A stretch of 63,908 bases of DNA, filler included, from Perkinsus chesapeaki ATCC PRA-425 (taxonomy: Eukaryota > Protista > Perkinsozoa), in assembly GCA_013115145.1 (NCBI GenBank). It is 4 parts of 4 records of this genome, joined end to end, with 100 filler letters (N's around TTAATTAATTAA, not from the genome) between each part and the next. Parts side by side here need not be neighbours in the genome. Positions count along the whole stretch, not along the records: positions 27,090 to 58,672 come from JAAPAO010000417.1; 3 more parts are not named here. One strand, 5' to 3'. Below the pieces are notes generated by a model. The model was not told the DNA's origin. It searched no databases and saw only the letters and a list, made by a program, of their open reading frames with translations. Positions 38,253-49,999 of the stretch are shown in pieces; positions within the stretch are counted from its first letter, which is position 1, and the number at the start of each line of letters is the position of its first letter. Position numbers and translations under genes: made by a program.

Positions 38253-39270
38253 ATAACAACAAAAACACCGACACGTATGGAAAGAAACAGACAATTCTCA
38301 TCAGGACCATTGCGAATAAGAATATCTCCTCAACCATCTCCTATTCCTCCTCAAATATCCTTTCCGAACTTGGTGTTGTCGGCATTGTGCTGGTCGAAGA
38401 TGATATAGCGTGACGTGACACGTAAGACGATACGCTGGCTTGGTAATCCAATTCCCTGAAAACCCGAAAATTATCCTCCAAAACCCGAAACCCGAAACCC
38501 ACCAGATCCCTCCCTTACCAGCGGTATGTTGATGTTGCTCGAACCTTGTAATCCTTATCGAATATACCATGCTCGTATCTGACATAATCGATCAGCTGAT
38601 CGATATTTCGCTACTGACATATTCGCAAAAAAACAATCTTTCCCCCGCCGAAAATATAGTCCTATCATTTTATTACGGTAACAAGCCTGCATTGTCATGT
38701 CCCTTCAGCTCCTTGATAATACCATTATCTGCCACGTACGTGAGCGAGAATCTGCCAGGCTTGAAGACATCGATTGCTCTACGAATGGTATCAACCAATT
38801 CCGAACTTGAACCTATAAAATATCATATATTTTCATCACCATTCAGATTATCAATATTATATCTTCACAAATATCGACTATAGTATCCGCGTCGTATTAT
38901 AATATTATCCAACTCGCACTCTGCAACTTAGGACATTCTAAACCCTAATTTCGTGAGAAAGTGCTCGGTCGGACTCGTGGAAATCTTCTACCCGGCAAAA
39001 GCAGATCTTCGAGCGGACTCAGCTGGTCCGGTGGTACCCACCTTTACTGAATATCTACAAGTTCGCAGATAGGAGCGCTTCAAGAGATACCAGATGATAT
39101 GGCACATCTACAGCGCGGCGCCCAGCCCCCTGTAACTTGTCATCACCACGAAATTCATACTACAGGCCCTTACTAAACGAACACCCTCAGCACCACCAAC
39201 TCAACTATCTACTTTGGCATCATCTATCAGTGATAGATGATGACTATCTGCTAATGTAATCCATGTATTG

Positions 39271-39292
39271 GCTGTGAATCACAGCCTGTGAT
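39271..39292. other. Exact 22-bp excision-type scar, X=GCTGTGAT
   Basis: gctgtga+atcacagc+ctgtgat. Confidence 0.75.
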
Positions 39293-40879
39293 AGACTATC
39301 ACAGTCATTCCTTCTTATAATACTCATACCGCTCCTCCCCCAGCTCCCCCTCGTTATTACATCTAACATTAGTTTCAAAGCTGGCATATGAACATACCTC
39401 CTCTGGAGTCACATGAATGGTGAAGAACGAATGGCCATCATCCAACGAAGCGTTACAGGAATAACCACTGAGAAGATGAAATCGTCAACTATCAGCTTCT
39501 TATACGAACCCCAATCAAATATCTACCACGCCAACGCCGATGCAGTTCTGGGGATCTTACTTCACAGGAATGAATGATGGCAGTACCAGATGACAACCCT
39601 TCGTGTGGCTTATTGGTCGCCGAGGAGTTTGTTCCTCAACCACAGTTTGCGTCGAGAAGCAGAGCAAGAAGGTTCCCACTGGAACGCGGATACCCGAAAA
39701 GGGTAAGGGAGCTATTTAAAATTACTTTTGAAAAATCGTGACTGAGATGAGGTCTCCTACGGGCCCTATATCCGTAGCGCGTATCTTTCGTCACGCGCCA
39801 CGAAATTAGTAGCCCTTCAGGGTAGTTCTTAGTACTGACTTCCTCTTGGCCTTCACCGAGTTTCATTTCAAACACCAAGTATTGAGTGGATTTAAGTCAC
39901 CTATGACGTTTTGAAACACCATTGATAGTAATAGTAATGTATACATCTAATATACAATTATTATACTTGATTTAATATCACGACCCAACCTCTGCAACTC
40001 TTCATTGCTAACGCGTTAGGACCCGAGACTTATACCATTCGTTACTAGTTAAAAAAACACCCTGTATACACGGAGTAATAAGGCATATATAAACCGTATA
40101 TATAACAAATGAAAGTATATATAATAATATAATACATAGATATATACATATATACTAATGAATCTAATACATGAATATATAGTAATATACCATAATTATC
40201 AAACCACACAAGTTGATTCGAGGTGGAGTAAAGTTGACAGTATTCGTTATTAATAAATAATATGCCATCAATGGATCTAATATTCCCTCTATAATTCATT
40301 TCCTTATATGAAAAAAATTTATGAATACCTTAATAGAAATATAAACTAACCATCACACCCCTCAAGTTGCCTTACCATGGAGTAAAGTTAATAGCATCAA
40401 TCTTAGCTCCTGGATAGATGTCACTAATACCAGATATCTCAGTCATGTAATCAGCAGTCTTGGAACATACCTTATTACCAAAGAATTTACAACGAACCTG
40501 ACCATTAAACTAATAATAATACACAATATCGTAATGATACATGCACACTATGCAGCTCAAACAATATACGATATTATACCACACTTGCTGCTGGCAACCC
40601 TACTAACTATGATCCCAACCTATAGTGGTTGCGTTACAGCGACTATGCTAGACTCCATAGAGAGATAGTGCACTTGAGAAGTTCCCTCACCCACAACGTT
40701 GAGTGAAACCTCTTCACAATTATACTGCCCCATACTGAGCAATTAAATAGGCTTTCAAGGGAAAGCCTGGAGGTTGTAATACGGCATGATGAATCTTTAA
40801 TACTAGATCTTCGGTGCGAAGGGGCGGAGCTCGCTTGTGTTGTACTGTATATTGATAGAGACTGCCTCATTGAATGCTT

Positions 40880-41220
40880 CAAAGAAAAAACGAAAAATGT
40901 TTGATGTGGGATTCGAACCTTGGTCGCTCGAGTGAAAGCCCATGGGTTTAACGTACTAAGCTAATGAAAACCGTTTCATGCGCAGAACCAGCTTGGAAAT
41001 GTTTTCGATAGTTAAGGGGTTCGGGCTTGGAATTTCAAGTTCGCTATATTTTTAGTGAGATCGCCAATACATGCGAAGCAAAATGATATATCGTTCGTCA
41101 GGGAAAACGCTCTGGTTAAGCCGGAATTTCTGCTCACGGACGGACGGACGGACGCACGCACACGAACGACCGCGCACTGCAATATAAGCTCCGCTCGCTT
41201 CGCTCGCTCCGCAATTACTT
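40880..41220. mobile_element. Non-autonomous repeat with tRNA-like segment, (GGAC)n microsatellite and GCTCGCTTCGCTCGC end (Helentron/HINE-like)
   Basis: tRNA-Glu-like A/B boxes on minus (40902-40966), ggacggacggacggacgcacgcac at about 41137-41162, and gctccgctcgcttcgctcgctccgc at about 41188-41212. Confidence 0.4.
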
Positions 41221-41604
41221 AGTATAGAATTAATAATGGCAATTGTATATACAGTGCGAACCAAACCGGAATGCAAATTCGTTTTTTTGGTATAACTTTT
41301 TTAATTTTACGACTTGGAAGATAGCGTGATGGTAACAGTTAAACATAAATTTTATAATATCATGACCGTTTCGTCCCTCAATTCGATTATTTGGGCGAGC
41401 GAGATTTTTCCTTTTTTTGTAACTCACTATTCATAGGTATCATGTATATGATGATCCACATTTCCGCTGGAGCCTTTTGGAGCTATTGCGTAATATATTA
41501 TAATAAATGCCTAGTAACTTGAAAATACAGGATCAATGCTTTGTTGAGTAGTTTATTTAGATTAGCAACAAAATGAGGAATCCAATTCCACATCTATCAA
41601 TACA

Positions 41605-41672
41605 TCCTCTAGGATTCGAACCCAGGGTCTCTGCCAAGGGAGACCATCACCCTAACCCACTGAGCTATTACA
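41605..41672 (-). other. tRNA-like Pol III A/B-box head (degenerate)
   Basis: Minus strand TAGCTCAGTGGG...GGTTCGAATCC. Confidence 0.55.
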
Positions 41673-42781
41673 TTCTCCGGTAAATCATACATCATAATAT
41701 CCAGGTTATGATCGTATCTGCAAACGACCACTGCATAACAGCTACGCACGGCAATCTCGGATGGCTTAGATTTATGAATGGTATTAGTTGACTAAAGTGC
41801 AAATGAACCAACGAGAAAATATCCGTTCTTCTTCAATTTCAACGACGTTTGTCTATCTTCGTACTAGAATTTATCATGTAGTAAATTTCCAGATAAAAGT
41901 CATATTACTTTTATACCCTATTATATATTTCCAACAATTAACATAATTGGCACTACAGGTGGTGATTCACCGTCAATCTTTTACCTTTATTATATTACAG
42001 GTAAGAGATATCAACATATCGCAACAGCACGCAAATGGCAAACATGAATCGCTTCGCTCCGCCTACCTATAATTCGAATCCACATCTTTGAAATCGGCAT
42101 TCCACATAATCCAATGGTCACCATTCAACGGCCCCAATACATATGCATTGCCATTTGAACATCCGAAATCTTTACAAACTTGTCGAAGTAGTGATACCTT
42201 CAATAATAATAACAGCACTTGTGTGGAAAAAGTAATAATACTTTTTAATAATTTATTAGTATTTAGTAATTTTATTACTAATAAAGCACAGCTATAGTGC
42301 TTTTATATACTCACTATAATAGCATGCACCCTAGAAAGCACAAGGGTGATATTATCACTACATAATATTTCTAGTTGCACTGCTCTGTTACAGCTAGTAG
42401 TAAAAACATCATTTCCACTTTGTGACATGTGCATATTATGAGCCCTTTTGGTCTCCACTACCGTGGGATAGAGTAATAAGTTTTTCGTAAGAATTTTCCT
42501 CACTCCAGCACCTCCAAACCATACCGTGTACATATATAATTATTATCAAGCATCATCTATATATTCTGTTATATTCAATAATTGCTATTTAAATTAAAGC
42601 TGATCTAAAATGATCACCATTTTCGCCCTGTTAAAAATACCACCCGAATCCTTCCCTTAATTTAACAAGCATATTATACCGCCATACAAAAATACAATTT
42701 AATCGCTTAGCCAAATTCCCTCATCCAAAACACATGAACGCCTAGACACTTCTAGGGGACAAGTCGACACAAGATAAAAAC

Positions 42782-43005
42782 GAAATCGATCAACCGTTTC
42801 ATAAACTTTCCCCGAAATCGATCAACCGTTTCATAAACTTTCCCCGAAATCGATCAACCGTTTCATAAACTTTCCCCGAAATCGANNNNNNNNNNNNNNN
42901 NNNNNNNNNNNNNNNNNNNNNNNNNNNNNNNNNNNNNNNNNNNNNNNNNNNNNNNNNNNNNNNNNNNNNNNNNNNNNNNNNNNGATCAACCGTTTCATAA
43001 ACTTT
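42782..43005. repeat. 32-bp tandem repeat spanning an N gap
   Basis: gaaatcgatcaaccgtttcataaactttcccc at 42782, 42814 and 42846. Confidence 0.85.
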
Positions 43006-43850
43006 TCCACCTCACCTCGTCTTCAAGTGAGCAATGAACACCTTTCTGGAACTCCGGGAACAGGAAACTCTTTCTCGAATAGAACAGCCATTCCAACTCC
43101 AATCCAACTTCGTTAACAGCATGATCTGAAAATTATAAATGCACAGGAAAAATCGATGCTGCATCCGTCAAGGGAAAATAATGAACCCAGAGGAGGGGAT
43201 GCAAGCCGCTTCATCTTCAATTTTTCCTATTGCCAATTTAATATCTCCGTAATAGACATGGACAATCTTCATGAGTGTCATGGTGTCAGATAAACTTTAT
43301 GACCTAGACAATCTTAATAGAAGTATATTGTTTTGAGTCCGCCAGTGCATATCATTTGTCAGCTAGCCACTGATAACGTAGCGCCTCATTAATGCCGCTC
43401 GATACTATCAGAACCGGCAAAGTCTAACACGGTATGGTACCAAACTTGTCCAGCTACACTTCATTCCCCCAGATTCCACTACTGCCTCCCCATCGCCCTC
43501 ATTACCAAGTAGAGTCCTCAATCCTTGCAAGAGTAGAGTTGTTCCACACGTCTTGATAATAATCTGATCAAAGTAGCAAAAATTACTACACCCCTCCTCC
43601 CAGAAATCGCCTTATCTCTGGCTGAGCGAAATAAAGCCTCCAAAATTTACCTTGAATGGATTCCCCCCCATAGGCTGGTAAAAGGCGTCAAAAAGGCGAA
43701 ATAAAGTTCCACAAAATACGCTACGGAAGATTCCTGCGGATGTCTCATCACCAATGGGAAGATTATTGTTTTAAACAGTCGACAATTGGTCCGAAAAGCT
43801 CCGTGGTGACAGAGAAAGAGGTACAACCCCGACGTCTGGAATATCAACGA

Positions 43851-43912
43851 CAAAGAATCGAACCGACGCCCTTTCTCATGAAAATCAATGCCCTTAACCA
43901 CTAGACTACCTT
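43851..43912 (-). other. tRNA-Glu-like A/B-box head (degenerate)
   Basis: Minus strand GGTAGTCTAGTGGTTAAGG...TTTTCA...GGTTCGATTC. Confidence 0.5.
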
Positions 43913-44249
43913 TTCTGGATATACGAAGAGCGAACTCTCCGACAGTACATAAGCGTCGAAACGGTTCAGTGCTTTATGAGACACTATAGTGCACTCACAT
44001 AATGACAATATCTAACAAAAACCCAGCTATTACTCCGTCACTGCGCCACGAAATTATTATTACTTTATCCCACATAGGCCTGGATATGATTCTAGCTCCC
44101 ATATCCAATTCGTCACCACTCCAAACGAAATCAATCTCAATACGCTTCTCGGTGCCTGGTGATAGTAAATGGGAGTATATTAAAAATGATATAATTATGA
44201 TAAAGAAAATAATGATATAATTAGATATAGTTACGATAATAAGACAGTA

Positions 44250-44271
44250 TCACCTGTCAGGTGACACCTGA
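44250..44271. other. Exact 22-bp excision-type scar, X=TCACCTGA
   Basis: tcacctg+tcaggtga+cacctga. Confidence 0.75.
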
Positions 44272-44658
44272 TAAATTGCAAAATAACGATAGACGAAGCC
44301 ATCTTAAGCTACCCCGTAAAAATGCGCCAAATGCTCCCACTTCATAGTAACCTAGGAGAATATTTTCACACGCCATTCCCGCGAGACTGTATGGCTCCAT
44401 TTCTCATAAGCCAGTGGGAGCGAGCAGAATCCAGCTAAGCCGAGCCTTGGAGGCTTTACTGCTGCTGCTGCCCAGTAAAGTTGAAGTTCTGCCTCGACTG
44501 CGAATATATAATATATACAAATAAACATAAATTTAAGCTCTGCTGCCCTTGGAGATATTCACAGGATATCCATCGCAAAATACGGGAAGCCTCATAGGTT
44601 CCAACCTCCCCTATATAAATGAGGCGCAAAAAAGGTACAGACTCAATACAGTTGACAT

Positions 44659-44770
44659 TGAAATATACATATATACAAGCGTATAGTTCCGACTGTGAAA
44701 TATACATATATACAAGCGTATAGTTCCCGACTGTGAAATATACATATATACAACCATATAGTTCCGACTG
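44659..44770. repeat. 37-38-bp tandem repeat x3
   Basis: tgaaatatacatatatacaagcgtatagttccgactg repeated. Confidence 0.85.
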
Positions 44771-44951
44771 CATGTAAGTTTATTAAGCACCTTACAATAT
44801 TATATATTCTACAGACTAAGTCAAATGCTGGTGTATTATTCACATATCGCCCTCTTCCGAGAAAACAATGCGGAAACCAATCCGAAATAAGCGAGAATAC
44901 CAAAGTAATGTGAGCTAATAACTAAACCCAGTTGATCAAAATATACACTAC

Positions 44952-45041
44952 GAAGAGCTATACTGTAACTAATCCATCTCGACTTTTCCCTAATATGAAG
45001 AGCTATACTGTATCTAATCCATCTCGACTTTTCCCTAATAT
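44952..45041. repeat. 45-bp tandem duplication
   Basis: gaagagctatactgta(a/t)ctaatccatctcgacttttccctaatat, two copies. Confidence 0.85.
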
Positions 45042-45774
45042 CTGAGTAATCTACCTCCGTTCAACTTCTCACCTTCAAAAGCCGGCTCATCGATAACCAT
45101 ACTATTCTGTCTTATACTCCTTTCCCCTCGAATGAGCTCCTTAATATCTTCCGGCATGCCCGGTGGACCAGCTACGTTGTTGTGATTGGCGGCGCACATC
45201 GATAAGCAGGTTGAATGGTGTCAGGAATAGTCGGAAGGAATGGTGACAGATGCCTTTGAAGGAAACTGTAAACTGATGAACAATTATTAATATTAACTTT
45301 TACTACATATTTTTACGTCTCTATACTAGATACTACGTGTAAATGGAAATGTTACATTATGAACAAAATGACCAAGTCCGACCCGATGCTCGTTAAATCA
45401 ATTCTGGGAGTCAGAATCGATTCTAGGATCGCATTATACGTGTAAAAAGAAGCTCGTCGACGAAGTCAGCAAAACAGTAAAGCATGAATCGCTTCGCTCC
45501 GCTGTGGCGCACGAAATTTCCAAGAGACGCGTGTCAGCAAGCTGTGGTGGTCTTCTGGTAAGATATGACTGTAACGTGCTTCCACGGTGCGTTTAATGAC
45601 GTTCCTTTCAATAATAATTAGATATGCTCATATATAACTACTCCCGTTTCATGTTTAGGATATATAAAGTGGACGACAGCAGTTGGCTAGTAACCAACTG
45701 CTGCTGCTGCTGCTGCTAGGGAGCGGTCACCTGTTCCTGTCGACTTTTCTATCTTCAGCTTGATAACCATTTAA

Positions 45775-46803
45775 ATGTTATTCATACCGTTACTTGCCCA
45801 TTTTATATCCCTTGAAATCGCCTTTGGTTCCGACGCTCACGCAATCGTGGCCGAGCTTGCCGACCTCAGAATGGCCGATAAAACACGCCAAGAAATCTAC
45901 CAACTTTTCGGCAACGGTTATCGTTTAAGTCATTCCGCAAATTGGCCCGATACCCCCTGGACTCCGCCTCTTCATCACGCTTACACCTCACAATGCACAT
46001 TTAACTATGCTAGTAATTGCGTCAACGATCAGTGTGTTGCAGGCGCAATCAGGAACTATACCAACAGAATGATCGACCCTTACCTGGCGAACGCTGACAG
46101 GCTCGAGGCGGTTAAATATTTGGTGCACTTCGTGACGGACGCACACTTGCCAATGAACGCTGGCCGCAGCTCGGACCAGGGCGGCAAAGGCCTCAATGTG
46201 CACATCAACTTTGCGGATTTTTCCAACGTCGATCTCGGCAAAGTTTGGGAAGAAAAATTGCTCGATGAGATGCAAGCTGAGTATTTTCCGGGAACGTACG
46301 TTCAACAAGATGGACAGTATCCCGGGGACCGTATGAGGTTCTGGAGGATTTCATCGAATATGATCGGCGGTGACTTGGATACGAAATACGCTGGAAAAAT
46401 CGCCACGTGGCTTTCCGAGTGTCAGAGGCACGGGCTGAATGAATGCGTTAATAATATGCTTTCGGAATCGGCGGGTTTGGCGTGCAACATTGGTTATAAA
46501 AATGTGGACGGTCGAGAGATACAAAATAACGGCGATTTGCCGAGGGAGTATTACACCAGTCGAATTGAAGTGTTGCGAGAACAACTAGCCAAAAGTGCTG
46601 CAAGGCTGACATGGGTGTTGGACAACGCCTTCTTCAACTACAGTGGTGTCACCACCACCCCAAGGCCTGTCACCACCACCGGCCCCAATCCGAGCACTTC
46701 GCCCGGGACGCCGACAACGACTGCATCGCCTTCATCGAACGTCGGCGGATATAATATATTGATCCCTGTACTTGTTGTAACCAGCGCTTATGCGCTACTT
46801 TGA
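45775..46803 (+). CDS. S1/P1 nuclease family protein (class I nuclease / 3'-nucleotidase-like), secreted, with Thr/Pro stalk and hydrophobic C-terminus
   Basis: Signal peptide, FGSDAHAIVA (WGxxGH-like), ANWPD, LHH, CVAGAIRNYT, KYLVHFVTDAHLPMNAG, QLAKSAARL, then a TTTPRPVTTTGP linker and a hydrophobic tail. Intronless. Confidence 0.85.
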   Translation: MLFIPLLAHFISLEIAFGSDAHAIVAELADLRMADKTRQEIYQLFGNGYRLSHSANWPDTPWTPPLHHAYTSQCTFNYASNCVNDQCVAGAIRNYTNRMIDPYLANADRLEAVKYLVHFVTDAHLPMNAGRSSDQGGKGLNVHINFADFSNVDLGKVWEEKLLDEMQAEYFPGTYVQQDGQYPGDRMRFWRISSNMIGGDLDTKYAGKIATWLSECQRHGLNECVNNMLSESAGLACNIGYKNVDGREIQNNGDLPREYYTSRIEVLREQLAKSAARLTWVLDNAFFNYSGVTTTPRPVTTTGPNPSTSPGTPTTTASPSSNVGGYNILIPVLVVTSAYALL

Positions 46804-47364
46804 GACCTTCACCAATACTAACCATCTTTTCACAGGATTCGCTATTGTGTTGTCACCGAAAAGTGTTGGATCTTTCGCGGAGATATTTTTACTCTTCGAG
46901 CTCCCGAGGTTGACAAGCCTATACGACTGTCTGGGTAGGCTTCACTGGAATCGGACTACTTCCTCATCGAATCGTTTTTCCATTTGGAAAGTTTTCCAGA
47001 ATTTCGCAGCGCTCGCTTCGCATCGAAGTTGAGCATTTGAAGTACGTTTGGGCATCCTTCCCAATTTCAACTTTACCGCGAAAATGACTTCAAACGGAAA
47101 AACATACGACGATTTGCTGGAAGAAATGTCACCACCGAAATTCGATCAAAGGTCAGTCGAATGTTGATAATCATCATCACATCTGTGCGCGTGTTAGATA
47201 CCGCGTTCCCGAGAATGCCAAAGTGATATATTCTCCACAAGATCGTTGGTGGCGCAGTGACTCTCCGAGACCTGCTGGGAGGTTTGATAACAGAACTGAG
47301 GTGACTTGGATGGCATGAGTGAATACAGCTGAATCTATAGCGCGCTTGTCTCGAAAACAGCAAT

Positions 47365-47625
47365 TTTACTATTAATTTATTTTACTTGTTGCTTTATTGC
47401 TTTATTTAGTTCTATTATTTTACTATTAATTTATTTTACTTGTTGCTTTATTGCTTTATTTAGTTCTATTATTTTACTATTAATTTATTNNNNNNNNNNN
47501 NNNNNNNNNNNNNNNNNNNNNNNNNNNNNNNNNNNNNNNNNNNNNNNNNNNNNNNNNNNNNNNNNNNNNNNNNNNNNNNNNNNNNNNNNTTACTTATTGC
47601 TTTATTTAGCGCTATTATTCTGCTA
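47365..47625. repeat. 54-bp AT-rich tandem repeat spanning an N gap
   Basis: tactattaatttattttacttgttgctttattgctttatttagttctattattt period 54. Confidence 0.8.
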
Positions 47626-48336
47626 TTTTACTTTATTCACTATTGCCATGGTTCAAGCGTTTGGTGGACTGAGAAAAATACGATATGGTACGGACGTTGG
47701 CTTGGCGAGCAATAAGTTGTACAAGTTTTTTTTCGTAAACTACTCTATGTGTATTTCAGAGCAACAATGGGTCAACTGGTGATGTGAAAACTGAAAGGAA
47801 GGGGGTGTTTGACTGGGATAGGCATGAGGAAGCTAATACTTAGTAAGCTATATCATATACACTTGAGACGATGTCATATAATATTATGAATACTAATAAC
47901 TATACATTATATGATAACAAAAGTACATAACAAACGCTGGCATCTGGCTCGGCACATATATCATCTTCTTGTAACCCGATCACAATATCCGCACTCTCGT
48001 AGTCATTATTTATACTGTAATAATTTCCGTCGAACAATCACAAGATAGGCACAAGGTGCTCCATTTCTGTCGGAGGAATTCTCTATTCCTATGTGAAATA
48101 TGCTACTGAGTTTTTTCACAAGTTGCTAACAGTTGAATAATTTCACTCAAATAGGTCCCGCGTTTGGGCGCCCTATTAAAAAGGAAATGAAATGGTTCCA
48201 TCTGTTATAAAATCCAAGCAAATTTTCACTATTACAATACCGATAATTAAAACATACAATTAATATAATTAATATTGATTAATAATATTAACTGTCGCTG
48301 AGTTCTGTATCTAGTCATTGGCGGTTGATAACTCTA

Positions 48337-48510
48337 TGGACCTCAATCAGCCGCATTCCTCAGCTATCGAATCACGCACACCTCCATTTACAAACCACCA
48401 GAGGAAATGAACGGCGAGCGAAAGCCGAGCAGATGCATTGCCGGTTACTCCGGTTTTATACCTGGCAAATATTCCGGGAATATTATTGGAGCTGCATTCA
48501 CACAGGTGGG
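48337..48510 (+). CDS. Exon with a GYSGFIPG repeat motif (FAM166/CIMIP2-like microtubule inner protein motif)
   Basis: ...RCIAGYSGFIPGKYSGNIIGAAF resembles the PGY(S/T)G(F/H)(I/V)PG repeats of ciliary MIPs; the rest of the gene is unresolved. Confidence 0.4.
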
Positions 48511-48720
48511 GGGGGGGGGCGGGACGAGGAATGAGAAGAGGCAAGTAAAAGCCCACATGACGAATCATTCACAAGTTCAATGGATCTGATCCAACTTACG
48601 ACAAGAGGCTCGAAAGTGTCATCAATGAGATGAAGCACGAATATGAAATTTCCCGTGAAAACCACAACCTTGATCTGAGCTTTCAACGACTCTAAATCAA
48701 CCTGAGTGATTTACGGCTGG

Positions 48721-48757
48721 TCGATGCAGCATCGAGCATTCGAGCATCGACGATGCT
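48721..48757. other. Paired scar with extended arm, X=TCGATGCT
   Basis: tcgatgc+agcatcga+gcattcg+agcatcga+cgatgct. Confidence 0.7.
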
Positions 48758-49999
48758 CAAATGGCTCATCTGCTCGGGCTGCTCGCATTCACAGCACATT
48801 TTGCTTCACTGATCATCCAGTATCCATTTTTCACTGATTTGTCCAAGATCACTTGGTGGGGTAAATTCTTTGGTGTTGACAGTCTTTTCTCAGAGCAAGA
48901 TCGACGCCGATGCCCATCTGCAGACGACCGCTCAGGCGACCAGATTCGGCATGAAAGCTCATCAATAAATATACATGCTGTGCGTATGATGTTGGTGTCA
49001 ATCGATTGGGAGTTGAGTTAAACTAGTGACAAGGAAAACGTTACGAGCCACTGAAACACCTAACGTGCCCAAAGGAGGTCCTGGTGAAGACAAAGTGATT
49101 TCCCCTTCCTATGTGAAGGAACTGACCCAGATTGTACTCGTTCAGATGTTGCGTAACATGACGAGTGGGGTATTATAGAATTGGACGAAATTACCGACAG
49201 TGAAATATCCTCTGACGCGGTAGAATCCCGCGGGAAGTGTGAGATGGAGAAATGAAGAAACTATTTCAGCGGTATATTTCTGCTCCACGCGAATCATATT
49301 TGCTGAACACGACCTAATGTTTGTTATGTCGATCGGCGGATGCCGACTAGACCCTGCACGCGTACGAGACGAAACTTTGCACCGGCACATCCCGTGTAGA
49401 AGGCTCCCACTTTCTATGGTCAATATTCGAGTTCACCAATTAGGGGTGCAATAATCCGCTATACTTCCAGTTGGTCGAGAAGCTCGCCACCCGTTGCAGA
49501 TTAATGCTTAGAAGAGTCGTCAGCTTAATCAGAGTTGATGGTTCGTCGCTCAAGTCTATGTGTTGAAGTTGTGCGTAGTTGGGCCAACGACAGTACTTAG
49601 TACTGTCACAGTAGCCGAATGGTGACGTGACTCTGATAAGAGATTTGGTGAGCTCCTGATGAAAGGGTTTACAGAAGAAATTCGTCAGCTGGACATCAAA
49701 CCTCCCAGGGGGGGCCTCCCTGGATAATTAAGGGTTTGCGTCATCCGACGAGTAGTACTGGCAAATTGGCAGGAGCAACAGGGTGTCACTGAGTAGCTTG
49801 AGTTATGTTGGTATTACTTATTTAGTGGCCTTATGGCCAAGTCCTGGAGAAGGAAGGCGAAGCGATAGAAGACTCAGCTATTGAAAGCGAACCTATGGAA
49901 AGCGGCGGGAACGACAGGGATAAACAACTATTGCAGAGACTCATCTACCCTCCTCTTGAACCAGAACTCATCACGGACAATTCTTCCGGGACAATGCTG

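Noticed and set aside
38187-43912. Functional tRNA genes
   Set aside because: A/B boxes are present but acceptor and anticodon stems do not pair, so they are reported only as tRNA-like heads.
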